A stretch of DNA of 64,000 nt from a virus (taxonomy: Duplodnaviria > Caudoviricetes), in IMG/VR virus record IMGVR_UViG_3300028048_000136, positions 5,410-69,409 of that record; one strand, 5' to 3'. Both the position numbers and the translations under genes were made by a program. Below are positions 57,796 through 64,000 of the stretch, in pieces. A model generated the notes under the pieces. It did no database searches. It saw only the letters and a list, made by a program, of their open reading frames with translations, and was not told where the DNA came from. Numbering within the stretch: position 1 is the stretch's first letter; the number at the start of each line of letters is the position of its first letter.

Positions 57796-59052
57796 ATGGG
57801 TGGAAATGTTACAGGTGTAACAAAAAGCGGCAAAGAAACAAGAGCAGCTAAGATACCGTTAAAACAAATAGGCAGAAAAGTTTTTATAGATAAAATAACA
57901 AAATTTTTAAAATTTATTAATAAAGATTTTGAAAAAAAATTTAAAGAAAAACTTTGGAAAGACGAAACACAAATAGCAAATGGATTTATTTTTAATGGTT
58001 CCACTTCTTTCATTATGAACCAAAAATATTCCGATGAAGAGATTGTAAGATATAAACCTTCTGCTGGTGATCTTGACATTGCTGTTCCTGAATATCTTGG
58101 CCCAAACCTTTGGAGACTTCTTGACAGTTATGACGAAAAAGAGGTTGTTCCTGGTGTTACCTATATGGGTTCAAACAAACCAACAATTCAAAGTATCGGA
58201 GATCAAATTAATTGCGTTTTCTTAATTGAATTTGAAATTGATGGTGAAATTGAAAAATGCCCTTGCCAAATTGATTGGGAATTATTACCATTTACCGAAA
58301 CAGGTATTCCAACTCAATGGGCTAAATTTTCTCACTCATCAAGTTTTGATGATTGCAAGTTAGGTATTAAGGCAGTTCATCATAAATACTTACTTAGAGC
58401 ATTTGCTGGTGGTGCTTCATTAAGAACAGATGTAATTGTAGCAACACAGGCATCAACTTGGGAAAATATAAAAATTTCAAAAGCAGCTTCACAAATAAAC
58501 CCAAGATTGTTAAAATTCTCTGTCGGAAGAGGTTTAAGAATTGCGTATGAACCATTGTTGGATCCAGATGGTAAATCTGTATTTATGGATGGCAAACAGG
58601 TTTTCAAGGAAATACCAACTAGCAAGAGTGAATTTGTTACAGATGTTTGGCAAATTTTCTTATTAACTATGAAACCACAAGATATTGAAAAGGCAAAAAA
58701 AGATGGTGACGAGAGCAGAATGTGGTCATTCATTGGTGTGCTTGAATTGATGAAAAAATACTGTGATGAAAAGCAGATTAAAGAAACATATAACAGATAT
58801 ATTGAATTACTTTGGGGAATAAAACCTTGTCGAGGACAGGAACTTGAAATTGGTAACTCCGAAGGCGACTACAAGGTTAAGATTGGTGGTTATTTGAAGT
58901 TTATTGAAACCTTTGGTCTTAAAGACGAAAGCAACGACCTTTGCCCTCCATATTATGCAGATTATGGAACAAGAGGAAAAGTTTCTGAAAGTCTTTTTGA
59001 GTCTTTTAAATCATACGTTGCTAAAAAAACATACGTACAGGAGTTTTATTAA
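57796..59052 (+). CDS. Pol-beta-type nucleotidyltransferase-like protein
   Basis: 'GS...GDLDIAV...QID'. Confidence 0.6.
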   Translation: MGGNVTGVTKSGKETRAAKIPLKQIGRKVFIDKITKFLKFINKDFEKKFKEKLWKDETQIANGFIFNGSTSFIMNQKYSDEEIVRYKPSAGDLDIAVPEYLGPNLWRLLDSYDEKEVVPGVTYMGSNKPTIQSIGDQINCVFLIEFEIDGEIEKCPCQIDWELLPFTETGIPTQWAKFSHSSSFDDCKLGIKAVHHKYLLRAFAGGASLRTDVIVATQASTWENIKISKAASQINPRLLKFSVGRGLRIAYEPLLDPDGKSVFMDGKQVFKEIPTSKSEFVTDVWQIFLLTMKPQDIEKAKKDGDESRMWSFIGVLELMKKYCDEKQIKETYNRYIELLWGIKPCRGQELEIGNSEGDYKVKIGGYLKFIETFGLKDESNDLCPPYYADYGTRGKVSESLFESFKSYVAKKTYVQEFY

Positions 59053-60534
59053 ATGCTTTTAGAAACAAGAGACCAGTTAGACATTTCGATTTTATCCGCG
59101 GAAAAATGGATAAAATCTAAAAATGATATTGATACTCTTTTAAATACTCATCTATCAATTGAACATAAGACAGATGGAACCAAATTAACCGTTGTCCATG
59201 TTGCAAATAATGGAACAATAGACGATTGGATTATTGCTTATAAAAACAGTATTTTTTATGCAAATGAATTTAAATACCAAGATATGAAAGATATTAAAGC
59301 AAAATCTATTGGTGTTTCACAATATAAAATTGTTTTAGAGCATTTTGCAAATTTAGGAAAATGTAATATTCCTGTTGGATATGAATATTCAATTGAATTT
59401 TTACAGCGTAAACCAACGTTATCATCAAATTATACAGACCCTCATCACTTGGTGCTGATTGGTTATTGTCCTTGTTCATATAAGGTTGAGTTTGGAACAT
59501 TACGAACAAACTCAAAGGTAATGATGACTGAATTTAGAGATAGCTATGCAAAGGAAATGAGCATAGATAGTCCTAACAAATTATTTAACGGTGTTTTAGG
59601 AACAAAAGAAAGTTTTGAAGCTGGAATTATCAATGATAATCTAAGAAAAGAATTTAAAAAATCTGATATTTCTTGGTCGGATCCTGAAGAAATTTGGAGT
59701 GGAATTTGTAAATTACTTTTATCCATTGAGTCCAAATATGGTGGCAAAGAAGAAGGTGTTGTTATCAAGTTTGGAAACACCATTCTAAAAGTGCAACAGG
59801 AATATCAGTTAGATAAAACCGCAAGAGCAAGAATAAAAGCAAAGACTCAAATGTCAGTTGAAGACGAAAACAAATATTGGAGTGATGTGCATAAACTTGC
59901 TAAAAAATTTACACAGGAGTGTAATACAGGCAACTTTGAAATGCGACTTGAAAAACTTTCAAAACTTGTTGCTAATGAAAACCTTAAAATTTTCCATTCA
60001 AAGAAAAATGAAATTCAAATTAAGGACGATATTCAACTTAGTGCCAAGTTACTGATTAGAAAAGCATTAGAAGGAAATAACGGTTGTCTTGTTATTGGAA
60101 AATTTAGAATTTTAACAACTGCTCACGTTGCTGTAATTAATGAAGCATTAAAGAATTTTGATAGGGTGCTTGTGTGTTTAGTAACATCAAAAGAAACAAA
60201 AGCAACTTTACCATTAAGAAGAAAAATGCTTGAGATGACATTTGGAAATAATATTTCAATTATTGAAACAAGTTCTGGTTTTATAGGTAGAATTATACAA
60301 ATGTCTCCATTTGATATTAATGCTGTTTATTGTGGTTCCGACAGACTTGAAGATTACGTTTCACAATGCAAGAAACTTTTAGGGGTTAATGTGCTTGAAT
60401 ACGAAAGAAATGAAAACGCAATTAGTGCTTCTAAAGTTATTGCTAATTTGGACGATAAAAAATATTTTAGAGAGAACACCCCTAAGCAAATTCACAAATT
60501 ATACGACACATTGGTGGACACTTATGAAGTTTAA
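59053..60534 (+). CDS. Ligase-like N-terminal domain fused to a HIGH-type nucleotidyltransferase domain
   Basis: 'EHKTDG', 'EEGVVIK', then 'GKFRILTTAH' and 'CGSDR'. Confidence 0.6.
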   Translation: MLLETRDQLDISILSAEKWIKSKNDIDTLLNTHLSIEHKTDGTKLTVVHVANNGTIDDWIIAYKNSIFYANEFKYQDMKDIKAKSIGVSQYKIVLEHFANLGKCNIPVGYEYSIEFLQRKPTLSSNYTDPHHLVLIGYCPCSYKVEFGTLRTNSKVMMTEFRDSYAKEMSIDSPNKLFNGVLGTKESFEAGIINDNLRKEFKKSDISWSDPEEIWSGICKLLLSIESKYGGKEEGVVIKFGNTILKVQQEYQLDKTARARIKAKTQMSVEDENKYWSDVHKLAKKFTQECNTGNFEMRLEKLSKLVANENLKIFHSKKNEIQIKDDIQLSAKLLIRKALEGNNGCLVIGKFRILTTAHVAVINEALKNFDRVLVCLVTSKETKATLPLRRKMLEMTFGNNISIIETSSGFIGRIIQMSPFDINAVYCGSDRLEDYVSQCKKLLGVNVLEYERNENAISASKVIANLDDKKYFRENTPKQIHKLYDTLVDTYEV

Positions 60535-61117
60535 AATTTTTGAAGACGGTGCTGTTGCAAGCGCCCCAGCAGTTGCGGATGCTCCTGCTGTTGCGGACTC
60601 ACCTGCTGATACTGGTACTGAATGGGGAACCACAAGTGCTAATATAGCACCCGTTGAATTAAAATTAGGTCAAGTTATTAAACGTAAAAAGGTAAATGAA
60701 AAAATGAGAAAACAATTAAAAGAGGGTTTTGTACACCCAGACTATATCCAAGAGCACATTTCAATTTCATTCTATAATGATCACAAGTCAAATGAAACCT
60801 TTGAAAGATGTTTTGATGTTGGTGCTTTACAGACTGCTGTAGTTAATGCGTATTCAAAGCGCGCTCAGTTTTCACAGTCAATGAGTGGTCTTGAAATTTT
60901 TGATATGAACATCACTCAAGAGGACGCAACCACAGACGAAATTGCTTTTTGGTTAAATATTCATTGTAAGCACAAACATATTTGGGTTTTCAAGGGATTT
61001 GCCCAGCACGACACCCAAGTTATTTTCGGTACAAAAACTGGAAAGAGAACTGTGGTTATTCACCAGCATTTCCCACGAACTCTAAGAGATAAGGCTGCTG
61101 AAGAATTAGAAAATTAA
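60524..61117 (+). CDS. Hypothetical protein with MKFKIFED leader
   Basis: ATG 60524 in the frame of the tracked ORF. Confidence 0.55.
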   Translation: MKFKIFEDGAVASAPAVADAPAVADSPADTGTEWGTTSANIAPVELKLGQVIKRKKVNEKMRKQLKEGFVHPDYIQEHISISFYNDHKSNETFERCFDVGALQTAVVNAYSKRAQFSQSMSGLEIFDMNITQEDATTDEIAFWLNIHCKHKHIWVFKGFAQHDTQVIFGTKTGKRTVVIHQHFPRTLRDKAAEELEN

Positions 61118-61163
61118 ATTCTAAACAGAGCACTCAATAATGAGTGCTTTTTTATTTCATTTA

Positions 61164-61494
61164 AAATTTTTTTGGATCCATTTAAAAATTTTTTTGGATC
61201 CATTTAAAATTTTTTGTGTTCACACAAATGTATTACAATGTTTTTTATTTTAAATTTCTATATATAGAATATATAAATTTTTTGTTTTCACACTTAAAAT
61301 TTTTTTGGATCCATTTAAAATTTTTTGTGTTCACACAAATGTATTACAATGTTTTTTATTTTAAATTTCTATATATAGAATATATAAATTTTTTGTTTTC
61401 ACACTTAAAATTTTTTTTTGGATCCATTTAAAATTTTTTGTGTTCACACTTAAAATTTTTTTTTGGATCCATTTAAAATTTTTGTGTTCACACA
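61164..61494. repeat. Iteron-like repeat region B (inverted relative to A)
   Basis: GGATCC at 61174, 61196, 61307, 61420, 61465; 111-bp tandem unit; palindrome at 61256 and 61367. Confidence 0.9.
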
Positions 61495-61516
61495 ATATAA
61501 TTATTCAGTCTTTTTG

Positions 61517-61587
61517 AAAAGTCTTTATAAATCAATAACTTAGTAAGAGATCTATTTTTATTAAGTCTTTGATTTATAAAGACTTTT
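61517..61587. repeat. Long palindromic element, copy 3
   Basis: Nearly identical to 43591-43663. Confidence 0.9.
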
Positions 61588-61698
61588 TATTTAAGGGTTT
61601 AAAAAATGTGTTTTTCATCACAAAATACAATTAAAATTGTTGTTTTTCTTATAATAAAGATCTATAATTAAAATGTGATTTGAAGAGAGAATATAAAA

Positions 61699-61932
61699 AT
61701 GATGAGTCTTTCCGCTGAAATTAAAATTTTTTCTGCATTTCCAGAGATTAAGCGAATTGAAGTATTTAAAAACTCTGACACCCCTTGGTCATACGAGGTT
61801 AGAGAAACACTTAACAAGAGAATATGTACTCCAGAGGAATTTCTGCTTATTAAATACGTATTACAAGATTTATCTTGGAAGGAGAATTTTGTTTATAAAA
61901 TCTATGATGGATATGGAAATTTAGAAGGTTAA
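61699..61932 (+). CDS. Hypothetical early protein
   Basis: Promoter-like motif upstream. Confidence 0.55.
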   Translation: MMSLSAEIKIFSAFPEIKRIEVFKNSDTPWSYEVRETLNKRICTPEEFLLIKYVLQDLSWKENFVYKIYDGYGNLEG

Positions 61933-61933
61933 A

Positions 61934-62200
61934 ATGTCTGATAATGATCCAATAATTTTTGAAGCAAAAGTAATCCACATTGGCGAGTTTAGAGTTTACC
62001 TAGAGTTCATAGACGATTTTGTTATTGGATCCGTCTATGATGACGAAGACAATTTTATTAAGGGTTTTGAATTACCAAATCCAAGACCCGAAGATGATGA
62101 GGTAGAAGAACTTATCGCCAATGCTGTTATAGAAAGATTTAATGATTTGGTACCTCAAAAATACAACGACCACGTCAATATCTTTGAAGTCCAGCAATAA
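61934..62200 (+). CDS. Hypothetical acidic protein
   Basis: ORF. Confidence 0.55.
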   Translation: MSDNDPIIFEAKVIHIGEFRVYLEFIDDFVIGSVYDDEDNFIKGFELPNPRPEDDEVEELIANAVIERFNDLVPQKYNDHVNIFEVQQ

Positions 62201-62986
62201 TTAAATCTTTGTAATTCCTTTTTTTAGGTCTGAAAATAATTCTGGGTCGTGACCTGTTTGTGGCATATCACCACGTTTTGGTGCACCTAGAATTGGAGTA
62301 TTATTAATCTTTAATTCTAAACAGTTACCTACAATGGAATTGACTGGGTCATCATAATACTTCCTTAAAAAGTCGTAAGTTTCTTGACTCATTCCTTTTT
62401 CAATGTATTTTCTTAAATAATCAGCTTTTTGGTCAAAAAGATTTTTTCCTTGAACATCTTTTGTTTCAAGGTCTCCAACGTTTGAACCAATTGTTGCTTG
62501 AACTGCCTTTAACATTGCAATTGGACTTAAATTGCCACTTATGTCAATGCACAAAAGATTTGCTTTTGGATTTGTAGCATAGATTTCAGACCATCTATGA
62601 TGACCATCAACAATGAAGGTTCCCTGAAAAGTTACAATTGGTTTCTTAATGACTGCTGGGTCCCTAAAACACTTCTCAAGATTTTTGCCACTTAGAACAT
62701 ATTTCAATGTTTCATCTAAACCAATTTCTCTTTGAGTTGGTATTAATTTAATACAAGGTATTACTTTTTCTGTAAGTTTGAGTTTAAGGTTTGCAAATTT
62801 ACCACCAAAACCTAAACTTAAAATAAATCTTAATTTTGGATCATCAACAAGGTCGTCAATAAAATCAACGGTGTCCTCGTAATTTTTTGACCTAAGCATT
62901 TTGATTAATGTATTATACAATTCTTCCTGGTCGGTTATCTTTTTTAGTGTATCAATTTCACTTGTTTCTAATAATTTGAATTTCAT
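62201..62986 (-). CDS. ParB/sulfiredoxin-like domain protein with MKFKLLE leader
   Basis: 'LIPTQREI...IVDGHHRW'. Confidence 0.7.
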   Translation of the reverse strand: MKFKLLETSEIDTLKKITDQEELYNTLIKMLRSKNYEDTVDFIDDLVDDPKLRFILSLGFGGKFANLKLKLTEKVIPCIKLIPTQREIGLDETLKYVLSGKNLEKCFRDPAVIKKPIVTFQGTFIVDGHHRWSEIYATNPKANLLCIDISGNLSPIAMLKAVQATIGSNVGDLETKDVQGKNLFDQKADYLRKYIEKGMSQETYDFLRKYYDDPVNSIVGNCLELKINNTPILGAPKRGDMPQTGHDPELFSDLKKGITKI

Positions 62987-62995
62987 TTTTTTTAT

Positions 62996-64000
62996 ATAAA
63001 CCCAATGGATAAAAATATGAGCCTTATACTCATATTTACACTCTAATAAATATATTATATAATATTTATATAAAAATAGAGGAATTTGAATGACTAAGAT
63101 TATCAGAGGTTTAGTTCTTGAACTAAAGCCTGATAGTGCTCAAAAACTGCTTTAAGATAAACATTTAAATGATTGTAGATTTATCTATAACAAATATGTA
63201 GAAGAATATTTAAAAGCACTTAAAGAAAAAAGAGCACCAAATTATAAGGATTATAAAGAATTGCGTACGGAGTACGAATTTCTTTTAGGTTCTTATTCTT
63301 GGACTATTCAGCAAGTTCTTTATAAATTTAAACAGACCAATAAAATCAATAGGTCAAAAAGAGCAAAAGGCAAAAAAGTTGGATTAGTTCATTTTAGATC
63401 TAAAAAGCCCATTCAGATTATTTTTATAGTAATAATTTAAAACTTTCGTATAATCCTGACTGTAAGTCAAAGTCATACGTAAAAATTCCAAAGGTAGGAA
63501 ATGTTCATTTCAACTGTAAAAATATTAAACCTGATTTTTTAAACGGCAAAATTAAGTCAGGAACTATTAAAAGAACCAAAACTGGTGTTTACAAAGTATC
63601 GTTACTTGTCGAGGTCGACAAGGTTTACGAAGACCGTGTAGATAATGGTCATATTGGTTTAGATTTTTCCCTAAAAGATTTCTTCGTTGACAGTTTTGGT
63701 GCAAATGCACCAGAGTTTTCAACAAAGAGATCTAAGATGGAATTACTCCAAAATAAAATTGATTCTTTAAATACAGCAATTTCAAAGATGAGAAACAAAT
63801 CTAAGAAAAAGCGTAAGGTCTCCGTTAAAGTCCATCGTATCACGATGAAGCGTAACAAATTATTTGAAAGAGTTCATAATATCCAAGTTGATTATATCAA
63901 CAAGTTATCAAGAAATTTGTGTAAACACAATGAGCTGATAGTTATTGAGAACTTAGACCTTAAAGAAATGGCTGAACATACTTCTTATAAGGATTCCAAA
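62996..64000 (+). mobile_element. tnpB: Second copy of the tnpB element, ORF inactivated, runs off the window
   Basis: Follows TTTAT; ATG 63090; TTA>TAA at 63153; 1-bp deletion near 63407. Confidence 0.92.

Noticed and set aside
4706-59783. Many short antisense or nested ORFs in the track
   Set aside because: They shadow well-supported genes and have no RBS or motifs
61164-61494. CRISPR array or 71-aa ORF 61216-61431
   Set aside because: Whole units are tandem duplicates without unique spacers; the ORF is a by-product of the repeat
61617-61635. Target of the 16290 guide
   Set aside because: Only a short AT-rich match and no TTTAT motif upstream
1-64000. Stop-codon reassignment
   Set aside because: Core genes are full length under the standard code

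Overview
AT-rich segment of a large T4-like myophage genome, using the standard genetic code. Gene content and scattered gene order recall Campylobacter-type T4-like phages (recognised by eye, no database search). It carries head genes (gp20-23, gp2, gp4, a gp24-like paralog), tail and baseplate genes (gp18, three gp19-like, gp48, gp53, gp27-like, gp5, PAAR) and replication genes (primase, UvsW, UL9-like helicase, clamp loader small subunit, only the C-terminal half of gp43). It also has a cluster of 10 tRNAs plus one pseudo-tRNA. Main observations: (1) an IS200/IS605-type tnpB element with target motif TTTAT, present as one intact copy, one inactivated copy and at least five miniature derivatives. 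One derivative is a perfect sigma70 promoter-omegaRNA-24 nt flank-tRNA cassette, and three left ends present an outward TATAAATA late-promoter motif to late genes. (2) A family of genes sharing an MKFxKILE N-terminus resembling a capsid-targeting sequence, including DUF285 repeat proteins. (3) Near-consensus CRP boxes at class II spacing. (4) An array of four promoter-linked small hairpin RNAs and two unassigned structured RNAs among the tRNAs. (5) Two inverted iteron-like repeat regions.
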